A stretch of DNA of 64,000 nucleotides from Treponemataceae bacterium (GCA_963678065.2 CAXXVZ010000003.1:352001-416000); one strand, 5' to 3'; counted from the first letter of the stretch, positions 20,100 to 29,484 are shown. Translations and numbers: made by a program. The notes: generated by a model not told the origin, from the sequence alone.

Positions 20100-20987
20100 A
20101 TGAGCGGAAAAATCAGACTTGCCATAGCGCCCATCGGCTGGACGAACGATGACCTTCCGGAGCTCGGCGGCCAGATTCCCTTCGAACAGTGCGTCAGCGA
20201 GATGGCTCTCGCCGGATTCGAGGGCAGTGAGGTCGGCAACAAGTACCCCAAGGATCCTGCCGTACTCAACAAGGCTCTCGCGCTTCGCGGGCTCACCATC
20301 TGCAACGCCTGGTTCTCGAGCTTCCTCACCACGAAGCCCCTGAAGGAAGTCGAAAAGGAATTTATCGCCCACCGCGACTTTCTCTACGCGGTCGGCGCGC
20401 GGGTCATCGGCGCCGCCGAGCAAGGTAATTCCATTCAAGGCAAGGATATTTCAGTTTTTGGAGCGAAACCTGTTTTCTCCGCCGACGAGTGGAAAAAGCT
20501 TGGCGATGGGCTGAACCACCTCGGTGAGCTCGCGAACGAGAAGGGCATGAAGCTCACCTACCACCATCACATGGGCACGGGCGTCCAGACCGCCTCCGAA
20601 ATCGATAAACTCATGGAGCTGACGGAGCCAGGGCTCTGCGACCTCCTCTACGACACGGGGCATCTCGTGTTCTCGGGCGAGGACCACCTGGCCATACTCG
20701 AAAAATATGCGTCCCGCATCAAGCACGTTCATCTCAAGGACCTGCGCCCCGCGGTCGTGGCCAAGGTCAAAGCCGAGGGGTGGAGCTTTCTCAAAGCCGT
20801 CAAATCCGGAGCCTTCACTGTGCCAGGCGATGGCTGCATCGATTTTGTCCCTGTCTTCGGCGCACTCAAGAAATCGGGCTACGAGGGCTGGTGGGTCGTC
20901 GAGGCCGAACAGGACCCCGCCCTCGCCAATCCTTTCGAGTATGCGGTGAAGGCCCGAACCTATATCCGGGAGAAAGCAGGCATCTGA
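20100..20987 (+). CDS. iolE: myo-inosose-2 dehydratase
   Basis: [41 protein letters not shown]. Confidence 0.95.
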   Translation: MSGKIRLAIAPIGWTNDDLPELGGQIPFEQCVSEMALAGFEGSEVGNKYPKDPAVLNKALALRGLTICNAWFSSFLTTKPLKEVEKEFIAHRDFLYAVGARVIGAAEQGNSIQGKDISVFGAKPVFSADEWKKLGDGLNHLGELANEKGMKLTYHHHMGTGVQTASEIDKLMELTEPGLCDLLYDTGHLVFSGEDHLAILEKYASRIKHVHLKDLRPAVVAKVKAEGWSFLKAVKSGAFTVPGDGCIDFVPVFGALKKSGYEGWWVVEAEQDPALANPFEYAVKARTYIREKAGI

Positions 20988-21147
20988 TAGGATGCGAAAA
21001 CTCGATGCGTTTTGCCGGCCCGTTAAAAACGGGCGTGGATGCGGAATGCGTGGGATTCATGGAGACATGGCCGCGAGAGGGCGGCCATATCGGGCGGCGG
21101 GTCTCTCCGGAAGGCTAGACTCGATCGAGCAATGACAGGAGGAAATC

Positions 21148-22176
21148 ATGGCGAAGGTGCGAGTGGGAGTGGCGGGATACGGAGTGATAGGGCAGAGGCT
21201 GGCGGACGGGGTGGCGCTGCAGGGGGACATGGAGCTGGTGGGTGTGGCGGACGTTGCGCCGACGCTGTCGGTGCGAGCGCTGCGCGAGCGGGGGATGCCA
21301 TACAAATTCTACACAGCACTTCCTGAGAAGCGAGCGGAGCTGGATAAGGCGGGCATTCCGATAACGGGCACGCTCGAGGAGCTCGTGCAGAGCGTGGACG
21401 TGATGCTGGACGCGACGAGCGCGGGGGTTGGGGCGAAGAACAAGGAACTGTACGCGAAATACGGGAAGAAGGGGATATTCCAGGGAGGGGAGAAGAACTC
21501 GGTGGCGGATGTGTTCTTCCACGGGTACGCGAACTACGAGAAGGGGTTGGGGGCGCAGTTTCTGAAGTTGACGAGCTGCAACACGACGGGGTTGATCCGG
21601 GCGGTGGACTGTCTTGACCGGGAAGTCGGGGTCGAGAAAGTGGCGATCACGATCATCCGCCGCGTGGCCGATCCGGGGGACTACCACCGGGGTCTGACGA
21701 ACGCGCTGCAACTTGAGCATGCGCCGAGCCATCAGGCGCTCGACCTGATGACGATCATGCCGCAGGTGGACGCGACGGGGATCCTTGTGCACACGCCGGT
21801 GACGCACGGGCACATCATCACGGTATTGGCGACGACGAAGAAGACGGTGAGCCCGGAGAGCACGCGCGAGATGTTGGCGGAGCATCCGCGGATCAGGATG
21901 GTGAGTCTGGCGGAAGGGTTTTTGGGGAACGCGAGCTTTTTCCGGTACGCGCGGGATCTGGGGAATCCGCGAGGGGACATGTACGAGATCGGGTGCTGGG
22001 AAGACTCGATCGTGATGAGCGGGAAGGATGTGATGTTTGCGATCAACATACCGCAGGAGTCGGTGGTGATACCGGAGAATATGGACGGGGTGCGGGCGTG
22101 CATGGGGATGCAGTCCGACAGGCTGGAAGCGACGGGGATGACGAACAAGTATCTGGGCATCGGGAAGTGGCGCTGA
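21148..22176 (+). CDS. Type II (archaeal-type) glyceraldehyde-3-phosphate dehydrogenase homologue
   Basis: GYGVIGQRLADGV, IFQGGEK, SCNTTGL (C144), IRRVADP, RGDMYE, QESVVIPENMD. Confidence 0.9.
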   Translation: MAKVRVGVAGYGVIGQRLADGVALQGDMELVGVADVAPTLSVRALRERGMPYKFYTALPEKRAELDKAGIPITGTLEELVQSVDVMLDATSAGVGAKNKELYAKYGKKGIFQGGEKNSVADVFFHGYANYEKGLGAQFLKLTSCNTTGLIRAVDCLDREVGVEKVAITIIRRVADPGDYHRGLTNALQLEHAPSHQALDLMTIMPQVDATGILVHTPVTHGHIITVLATTKKTVSPESTREMLAEHPRIRMVSLAEGFLGNASFFRYARDLGNPRGDMYEIGCWEDSIVMSGKDVMFAINIPQESVVIPENMDGVRACMGMQSDRLEATGMTNKYLGIGKWR

Positions 22177-22201
22177 GGGCGCGGGGGACAAGGAGAAGCC
22201 G

Positions 22202-23497
22202 ATGAGCGGAGCCCGACTGAAGATGAAGCCCGTGACCGAGTGTGCGCTTGCAGGGAAGACGGTGTTGTTTCGGCCTGACATCAACTCGCCGATCGATCCG
22301 GAGACGAAGCGGATCGTGAACAGGAACCGGCTGGAGAAGACGGTGCCGACCTTGAATCTGCTTTTGGAGGGTAAAGCGAAGGTGGCGCTGATAGCGCATC
22401 AGGGCGACACGCTGGATTATCAGAATCTGATACCGATGGAGGAGCACGCGGCGATCCTGACGAAGCTGACGGGGAAGAAGGTGGGCTACATCGACGATGT
22501 GTGCGGACCTGCGGCCTGTCAGGCGGTGAGCACGCTTGCGCCCGGTGAGGCGGTGATACTGGGGAACCTGCGCTACCTGAGTGAGGAGATCTCGAGCTTC
22601 GAGAGTGCGGTGAAGCTGAAGCCGAGCCAGATGCTGGACACGTGGCTGGTGAGGAAGCTTGCGCCACTTGCGGATCTGTACGTGAACGACGCGTTTGCGG
22701 CGGCACACCGGAACGCGCCCTCGATGGTGGCGTTCCAGGAGCTTGTGCCGACAGCGGCGGGGATACAGCTGATGGACGAGTATACGGCGCTGAAGTCGGT
22801 GATGGACAGTCCGAAGCGTCCCTGCGTGTACGTGCTGGGAGGAGCGAAGATATCGGACGCCTTCGACATGATGAGGAAGGTGCTGACAGACGGGAGTGCG
22901 GACAGAATCCTGACGGCGGGCGTGACAGGGATGGTGATGCACATAGCGCGGGGAGTGGACCTCGGGCCTGCGGTGATGAAGTTTCTGGTCGACAAGGGAT
23001 TGGAGGGGTTCATTCCGGAAGCGAAGGCTCTTCTTGCCGAGTTTGGGGACAGGTATGTGTTGCCGGTGGACATGGCATACGAGTGCGCGGAACCCGGATC
23101 GATCGGCGTGCGCGCGGAAGCCCCGATCGCGGAGCTGCCGAGGGACAGGATCTTTCCGGACATCGGGCACGCGACGATCGCGCTGTTCAAGGAGCACATT
23201 GCTCAGGCGGGCTCGGTGTTCGTGAACGGGCCGGCTGGGGTGTACGAGGATGCGCGCTGGGAGGCGGGGACGAAGGAAGTGTGGCGCGCGATCGCGGAGG
23301 CTCCCGGGTACACGGTGGTGGGAGGAGGGGACACGATCAGCGCGGCGACCCGCTTTACGGACCTGTCGAAATATGGGTATGTATGTACGGGTGGCGGCGC
23401 GATGGTGCGCTTTCTCGCGGGCAAGAAGCTCCCTCTCATCGAGGCGATGGAGAAGGCCTTCGAGCGCAACCTGAACGCAGCTATCAACCGACACTAG
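22202..23497 (+). CDS. pgk: Phosphoglycerate kinase homologue (archaeal-type sequence features)
   Basis: RPDINSPID, YVNDAFAAAHR, LGGAKISD, NGPAGVYE, GGGDT, CTGGGA. Confidence 0.9.
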   Translation: MSGARLKMKPVTECALAGKTVLFRPDINSPIDPETKRIVNRNRLEKTVPTLNLLLEGKAKVALIAHQGDTLDYQNLIPMEEHAAILTKLTGKKVGYIDDVCGPAACQAVSTLAPGEAVILGNLRYLSEEISSFESAVKLKPSQMLDTWLVRKLAPLADLYVNDAFAAAHRNAPSMVAFQELVPTAAGIQLMDEYTALKSVMDSPKRPCVYVLGGAKISDAFDMMRKVLTDGSADRILTAGVTGMVMHIARGVDLGPAVMKFLVDKGLEGFIPEAKALLAEFGDRYVLPVDMAYECAEPGSIGVRAEAPIAELPRDRIFPDIGHATIALFKEHIAQAGSVFVNGPAGVYEDARWEAGTKEVWRAIAEAPGYTVVGGGDTISAATRFTDLSKYGYVCTGGGAMVRFLAGKKLPLIEAMEKAFERNLNAAINRH

Positions 23498-23510
23498 AAG
23501 GAAGGAACGA

Positions 23511-24965
23511 ATGAAACTGGATCTCTCTCTCAAGGATCTTTCGAAGGCCTTTCCCGTGGATCTGACGCCCGACCAGAAAGCAAAGGCGCAAACCCTCTTC
23601 CTGAAGAAGCTCTCGATTTCGGCGCATGAGTTTTTCGGCGGCAAGATGCAGACCGTACCCATGTGTGGCCTGTGGGGCTTCAACTGGTTCAACGTCTGGT
23701 ACACGCCTGGCGTCTCTGCGGTCTCGACGACGATCCGCGACAACAACGACGCGTCGTTCGCGCTGTCGAACCGCGGAAACCTCGTCGCGGTCGTGTCCGA
23801 TTCCACTCGCGTTCTCGGTGACGGCGACTGCACGCCTCCCGGAGGACTCGGCGTCATGGAGGGCAAAGCCTTCCTCATGAAGTACCTCGGAGGCGTCGAC
23901 GCTGTGGCGCTGTGCGTGGATTCCCGCGGACCTGACGGTAAACACGATCCGGACAAGATCATCGAGTTCGTGAAGATGCTGCAGCCGAGCTTCGGAGCCG
24001 TAAACCTCGAGGACATCAGCCAGCCGAATTGCTTCAAGGTCCTGGACGAACTCCGCGAGAGCTGCGACATTCCGGTCTGGCACGACGACGCCCAGGGGAC
24101 GGCCTGCGTGACTCTCGCGGGACTCCTCAACGCCCTGAAGCTCGCGGGAAAGAAGCTCGGAGACGCGAAGATCGTGCTGCTCGGCGCCGGAGCGTCGAAC
24201 ACGACGATTGCCCGGCTGATCCTCGCGGACGGCGGCGACCCCGCGAAGATGATCATGTTTGACTCGAAAGGCGGTCTGCACCTGGGCAGGGCCGATATCG
24301 AGAAGGATAAGAGGAACTACCGCAAGTGGGAGCTCTGTCAGAGAACGAACCCCGGCAGGGTCCAGACGGAGGCCGAGGCTATCGCGGGGGCGGATGTCCT
24401 CATCGCGCTCTCGACACCCGGACCGGACACGGTGAAGCGCGAGTGGGTACACTCGATGGCGCCGAAGTCCATCGTCTTTGCCTGCGCGAACCCTGTGCCG
24501 GAGATCTGGCCGCATGCGGCGAAGGAAGAGGGCGCCTACATCGTGGCGACCGGCCGTGGCGACTTTCCGAATCAGGTCAACAACTCCGTCTGCTTCCCCG
24601 GCCTCCTCAAAGGGGCCCTGCTGGTGCGCGCCCGCAAAGTTACAGACGGAATGGCGATCCGGTGTTCGCACTCGATCGCGGACTTTGCGGAGAAGCGCGG
24701 GATCAGCGAAAACGACATCACGGCGCGGATGGACGAGTCAGAGGTCTTCGCGATCCAGGCTGCCGACGTCGCCATGAAGGCGATAGAGGAAGGAGTCGCG
24801 CGCGTGATCATGACCTGGGATGAAGTTTACAACAGGGCGAAGGCGGACATCGCGGCCTCCCGGAAACTGACAGAGGACCTCATGAGGCTGGGACACATTA
24901 AGGAGCCGCCTGAGTCGATGCTGCAGGAAGCCCTCGATTGGGCCATAGCGCAGGTCAGGAAATAA
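23511..24965 (+). CDS. NAD(P)-dependent malic enzyme (small bacterial/archaeal type)
   Basis: WYTPGV, VMEGKA, NLEDI, VWHDDAQGT, LGAGA, ANPVPEI, TGRGDFPNQVNN. Confidence 0.92.
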   Translation: MKLDLSLKDLSKAFPVDLTPDQKAKAQTLFLKKLSISAHEFFGGKMQTVPMCGLWGFNWFNVWYTPGVSAVSTTIRDNNDASFALSNRGNLVAVVSDSTRVLGDGDCTPPGGLGVMEGKAFLMKYLGGVDAVALCVDSRGPDGKHDPDKIIEFVKMLQPSFGAVNLEDISQPNCFKVLDELRESCDIPVWHDDAQGTACVTLAGLLNALKLAGKKLGDAKIVLLGAGASNTTIARLILADGGDPAKMIMFDSKGGLHLGRADIEKDKRNYRKWELCQRTNPGRVQTEAEAIAGADVLIALSTPGPDTVKREWVHSMAPKSIVFACANPVPEIWPHAAKEEGAYIVATGRGDFPNQVNNSVCFPGLLKGALLVRARKVTDGMAIRCSHSIADFAEKRGISENDITARMDESEVFAIQAADVAMKAIEEGVARVIMTWDEVYNRAKADIAASRKLTEDLMRLGHIKEPPESMLQEALDWAIAQVRK

Positions 24966-25019
24966 ACTCGCCAGGGTGTTGAAAACGAGCAGCTTTCAAC
25001 ACCCTCTACGGAGGATCGC

Positions 25020-26300
25020 ATGAAGCTGGATATTCCGTATTATGGAAAACACATACCACTCGTGCTGCCGGAGGGTGTACCGGTCGATATCCTTGAGCCG
25101 AACGACCTGGCGGGAGAAGACGGTATCCCCGGCACAGATGCTGCGGCAGCGGCGATCCGTGTGAACACGGCAGTGAATTCGCCCTTGGATGCGCTGCCGC
25201 TTCACGAGTTCCTGGCGGGAGGGGAGAAGATCCTCGTCATCGTGAACGACGCGACACGGCCGACCCCGACTCGGATCGTCCTCGACGCAATCGCGGATGA
25301 GCTCGCGAAAGCGCAGGCTCGCTTCATTGTCGCGACAGGCGCTCACCGGGCCCCGACCGAAGAAGAGTACCGCCAGATATTCGGAGCTCACTACGACGCA
25401 TTCCGTTCCCGTTGTACCGCTCACGTCGCGCGCGACGAATCGAGCCTCGTCGACCTCGGCGCGACGCGCAACGGAACGCCGATCCTCCTCAACAGGGCTG
25501 TCTTCGAGGCCGACCGCGTGGTCGCGATCGGGTCGGTGGAGCCGCACTATTTCGCGGGCTACACCGGCGGACGGAAGGCCTTCCTCCCCGGCGTTGCGGG
25601 CTTCAGGACCATCGAGGCGAACCACAAACTGGCTCTGTCCGACATGGCGCGGGCCTGCGAGCTTGCGCACAACCCCGTGAGCCAGGACATGGACGATGCC
25701 CTCAATCTCATAGCGGTGCCGGTGTTTTCCATAATGACAGTGCTCGACAAAGACCAGAACCTCGCATGGTGCTCGGCCGGGGATATCCGCTCCTCCTTCG
25801 ACGAGGCGGTGAGCAAGGCCGACGCTATTTTCACCGTGCCGATACTGAGGAAAGCGGACCTTGTGGTCTCTGTGGCGCGTTTTCCGATGGACATCGATCT
25901 CTACCAGTCGCAGAAGGCGATCGACAATGGTTCGCTGGCCCTGAAGGACGGAGGGACGCTGATCATGGTTTCGTCCTGCCGCGATGGGGTGGGGGACAGG
26001 GCTTTTCTCGACCTGATGGGCAGAGCGAAGGGCCCTGAGGACGCTCTTGCGCGGATCGGAGAGGGTTACCGGCTTGGCTATCACAAGGCGGCGAAGCTTG
26101 CCCTCATAGCGCAGCGCGCCTCCATACGGGCCGTCTGCGAGCTTGATCCTGCGCTCCTGTCGAAAGCGTTCATAGCGTCCTGCCCGGACCTGCAGAGGGC
26201 GGTGGACGATATTCTCGCCGCAGCGGGTCCCGGCGCCACCGTTGCCTTTCTCCCCGACGGAAGCGTCACTGTGCCGAGGTTCGTGACGCGGATCCCGTAA
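25020..26300 (+). CDS. larA: Nickel-pincer-dependent 2-hydroxyacid racemase/epimerase (LarA family)
   Basis: VNDATRPTP, ATGAHR, EPHYFAGYTGGRK, EANH, DLYQSQKA; substrate unknown. Confidence 0.9.
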   Translation: MKLDIPYYGKHIPLVLPEGVPVDILEPNDLAGEDGIPGTDAAAAAIRVNTAVNSPLDALPLHEFLAGGEKILVIVNDATRPTPTRIVLDAIADELAKAQARFIVATGAHRAPTEEEYRQIFGAHYDAFRSRCTAHVARDESSLVDLGATRNGTPILLNRAVFEADRVVAIGSVEPHYFAGYTGGRKAFLPGVAGFRTIEANHKLALSDMARACELAHNPVSQDMDDALNLIAVPVFSIMTVLDKDQNLAWCSAGDIRSSFDEAVSKADAIFTVPILRKADLVVSVARFPMDIDLYQSQKAIDNGSLALKDGGTLIMVSSCRDGVGDRAFLDLMGRAKGPEDALARIGEGYRLGYHKAAKLALIAQRASIRAVCELDPALLSKAFIASCPDLQRAVDDILAAAGPGATVAFLPDGSVTVPRFVTRIP

Positions 26301-26339
26301 AGATTGTGTTTTGGACGCGGCGGAACTATACTCTTCAGT

Positions 26340-26891
26340 ATGAGAGAGAAGGCCGGCTTCGAGTTGCGGACGAAGACTCTCCTTGTCGTCTTCGGGCTCT
26401 GCGCCTTTCTCGCTGTATTTGCGGCAGTCGATACGGCCGAGTATTACCGGGCATGGAGCCAGGCCCGGAACTGGACAGATGTCCAGAAATCCGTAGCTCC
26501 CGCCGTGGACGCGATGAGAATGTATGCACTCATTCTGGCGGCTCTGGTTCTCGATACGGCAGTTATTGCGCTATCTTTCGCGGGCGGCCTTGCGCTCGGA
26601 ATATCCACGACGACCGAGAGCCGGCTCGCTTCCAGGGTGACATACTTTCTCTGTGTAGCCTCCGTCCTCGCGGGTCTCTGCTTTGCGATTGTCATGTCTT
26701 TCTATCGCGTCAACCTTGGACTGCGCATGGTCCTGAAGGGCCCCATTTTCGATTACACTATGAGGATACAGCCGCCTGTCGCTCTGGCCATGGCAGCTTT
26801 TCCCGTATTGACGGTCTTTCTGCCGTTCATTCGGGGGAAACGGCCGCTCAAAGGACGAAGAGCCGGGCAATTCCATACTGAAACAGGATAG
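26340..26891 (+). CDS. Hypothetical membrane protein (about 4 TM)
   Basis: ORF with four hydrophobic segments; no recognisable motif. Confidence 0.6.
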   Translation: MREKAGFELRTKTLLVVFGLCAFLAVFAAVDTAEYYRAWSQARNWTDVQKSVAPAVDAMRMYALILAALVLDTAVIALSFAGGLALGISTTTESRLASRVTYFLCVASVLAGLCFAIVMSFYRVNLGLRMVLKGPIFDYTMRIQPPVALAMAAFPVLTVFLPFIRGKRPLKGRRAGQFHTETG

Positions 26892-27309
26892 AGACAAGGA
26901 AGGAGCCGAGACCCGCGAGCGCGAGGTCGACAGACAATCTGCGCGCTTCGATCCTGGCCTTGAGTCGCTGTTCTGCGGGGCTGTCGCCAAGCGGGGCAGG
27001 GTTGTTTTCAGGGGAAACCATCTCGTGGGGCAGCGGTATCCGTTCCTTCCACTCATCGGCATGTGAACGGAAGAATTTGCCAAGATGTCCCGGGTTGAAA
27101 ATGGCCAGACCATCCTGCTTGAGCCATGAAAACCACGCGATGCCCCAGTATCCCGCGGCGAAGACCAGAAGATAGTTTCCGAAACCCATGAGGATGCCGG
27201 ATTCTCCCCGGAAAACGAAGGCAGGAATGGCGGCGAGCAGGGAAACGAGAAAAAAAACACAGGCCCGCCTTGAGATCAGAATCTTACGGCGCTTTGCTGT
27301 ATTTCGCAT
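26848..27309 (-). CDS. Hypothetical membrane protein (about 3 TM)
   Basis: Hydrophobic segments; convergent, overlapping 3' end with the previous gene. Confidence 0.55.
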   Translation of the reverse strand: MRNTAKRRKILISRRACVFFLVSLLAAIPAFVFRGESGILMGFGNYLLVFAAGYWGIAWFSWLKQDGLAIFNPGHLGKFFRSHADEWKERIPLPHEMVSPENNPAPLGDSPAEQRLKARIEARRLSVDLALAGLGSFLVSILFQYGIARLFVL

Positions 27310-27394
27310 TTGAGGATAAATGACGGCAGATAAGGTTTTGGAGGTCTGGGCACACTGACGCGATAACCCCCTTTTAAAAAAAACGGAATCGGCG

Positions 27395-27423
27395 TTGATT
27401 TACTCTTCATTAAGATGCACAAT
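27395..27423 (+). promoter_or_regulatory. Putative sigma70 promoter of the opp operon
   Basis: TTGATT, 17 bp, CACAAT. Confidence 0.45.
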
Positions 27424-27510
27424 ACTCTATCTATGTGAATGGAGGAAGGGTTTTCCGCGTACCTTCCTTCTACAATCCCGGAAAGGGGAAATCTTTGTCA
27501 GGAGGCAGAA

Positions 27511-29484
27511 ATGCTGAAGAAAATTGCAGTAGCCGCTGTGATTCTTATCGTACTGACGGCAGGGTTGGCTATGGCAGCGGGCCAGGCCAAATCGAAAGAT
27601 TATGTGTATGTGTTCTCGACTGATCCCCGCTCCTTCGCCTACCTCATGGATCAGCGCCAGACCAACACGAGGCACATTGCCAATTTTGTAGATGGCCTCA
27701 TCGAACACGATCGCTTCGGCATTCTGAGGCCAGCACTCGCCGAGAGCTGGTCAGCCAACGACAATTATACCGTCTGGACTTTCAAGATCCGCAAGAACGT
27801 GAAGTGGGTCACCTCCGAACTCGAGACCTACGCCACCGTCAAGGCGCAGGACTGGGTCGACGCCATGAAGTATATGCTCGACAACAAGAGCACGCTGAAC
27901 TATCTCGTTTCCGGCTTTGTCGTCAACGCTGACAAGTATTCGGCCGGAAAGATCACGGATTTCTCCCAGGTCGGCGTCAAGGCCAAGGACGACTACACTC
28001 TCGAATACTCGCTCGAGAAACCCACGCCCTTCTTCGACTCCATGCTGACCTATAACGCTTATTATCCCGTCAACGGCGAATTCCTCAAGAGCAAGGGAAA
28101 GGACTTCGGGAAGGTCGACAAAAACGGCATCCTCTACAACGGAGCCTATGTCCTCTCCAATTTCACCTCCAAGTCCGTGATCGAGTACGACGCCAACCCG
28201 ACCTATTGGGACAAGGACAACATCACGGTCAAGCACGTCAAACTCGTCTACTTCGATAACAAGGACGCCGACTCCCTCTTCAACAACTTCGACAACGGCA
28301 CCTACGTCCAGGCGCCGGTCTACACGGACAACGAGGCCCTCTTCGCGCGCGCGCAGGCCAAGTACAAGGATTCCATCTACCGCGTCAAGCAGGATTCCAC
28401 GTCTTTCGTGTATGCCTTCAACTATGACCGCAACGCCTACGCTTCGCCCGCGGATGCCACCAAGGGCAAGACTCCCAAGTCCGAAAAAGCGCAGGCTGAC
28501 ACCAAAAAAGCCATCCTGAACCGCAATTTCCGCAAGGCGATCTTCTTCGGAACCGATCGCCCCACCATTCTCGCCCAGCGCAACGGCGAAGTGAACAAAC
28601 TCTCCGCACTCCGCAATGTCTACACTGCACCCGACCTCTCGGCCGATAAAGCCGGCAAGGACTACTCGAAGTTCGTCGAGGACGCCCTCAAGGCGCGCAA
28701 TCCCACCGACTTCCCCGCCTCATTCAAGGTCGACGATGCCCAGGATCCCTATTTCAACCCCGAAAAAGCCAAGGCTTACATGGCCAAGGCCAAGACCGAA
28801 CTCAGCGCCAAGGGCGTAAAGTTCCCCATCGAGATCGATACCGCCGCGGACGTTTCCTACACCAAGGGTCTCAAGATGGATCAGTCCCTCAAAGCAGGAC
28901 TCGAAGAGCTCTTCGGCACCGATACCATCAAGGTCAACATCGTCGAGATGGATAAAGACAACGCCGATGCTTCCACCTACCAGGCTGAAACCGGGGCCCA
29001 GTCCAACTACGACATCGGCAATTCCACCGGATGGGGCCCGGACTACGGTGATCCCTACACCTTCCTCCAGTGCTTCGAGCCCGTCGTCGGAGCCCTCCTC
29101 ACGCCGATCGGACTCGACCCCGTGGACTCCGGTTCCGACAAGGAAGCCGCGACCACTATCGGCCTCTACGCCTATGCCAAGAAGGTGGAGGCCGCCTCCG
29201 ACGAATACAAGGACATCACCAAGCGCTTCAAGATGTTCGCCGAAGCCGAGGCCCAGATCCTCGACGACGCCATCGTCCTCCCCTATATGTCCTTCGGCGG
29301 AAGCTTTGCCGTATCCCGTGTACAGCCTTACACCGCACCTTTCTCCGCCTACGGCGCCGACGAGGAAAAGTTCAAGGGCCGCATCGTGACCGACAAGGTC
29401 ATCACCCTCGCTGAGCGCGAGAAGCTCAAGGCTCAGTGGGAGAAAGACAAGGCTGCCGCATACAAGAAGCTGAACGCGAAGTGA
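27511..29484 (+). CDS. oppA: Oligopeptide ABC transporter substrate-binding protein (AmiA/AliA-like)
   Basis: DGLIEHDRFG...PALAESW, WTFKIRKNVKW, LYNGAY, GWGPDYGDP; signal peptide. Confidence 0.92.
   Translation: MLKKIAVAAVILIVLTAGLAMAAGQAKSKDYVYVFSTDPRSFAYLMDQRQTNTRHIANFVDGLIEHDRFGILRPALAESWSANDNYTVWTFKIRKNVKWVTSELETYATVKAQDWVDAMKYMLDNKSTLNYLVSGFVVNADKYSAGKITDFSQVGVKAKDDYTLEYSLEKPTPFFDSMLTYNAYYPVNGEFLKSKGKDFGKVDKNGILYNGAYVLSNFTSKSVIEYDANPTYWDKDNITVKHVKLVYFDNKDADSLFNNFDNGTYVQAPVYTDNEALFARAQAKYKDSIYRVKQDSTSFVYAFNYDRNAYASPADATKGKTPKSEKAQADTKKAILNRNFRKAIFFGTDRPTILAQRNGEVNKLSALRNVYTAPDLSADKAGKDYSKFVEDALKARNPTDFPASFKVDDAQDPYFNPEKAKAYMAKAKTELSAKGVKFPIEIDTAADVSYTKGLKMDQSLKAGLEELFGTDTIKVNIVEMDKDNADASTYQAETGAQSNYDIGNSTGWGPDYGDPYTFLQCFEPVVGALLTPIGLDPVDSGSDKEAATTIGLYAYAKKVEAASDEYKDITKRFKMFAEAEAQILDDAIVLPYMSFGGSFAVSRVQPYTAPFSAYGADEEKFKGRIVTDKVITLAEREKLKAQWEKDKAAAYKKLNAK

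Noticed and set aside
21115..24671. Long antisense ORFs (389, 737 and 395 aa) opposite gap-II, pgk and the malic enzyme gene
   Set aside because: Shadow frames produced by high GC and codon bias; His/Arg/Pro-rich with no motifs. The sense genes are clear family members.
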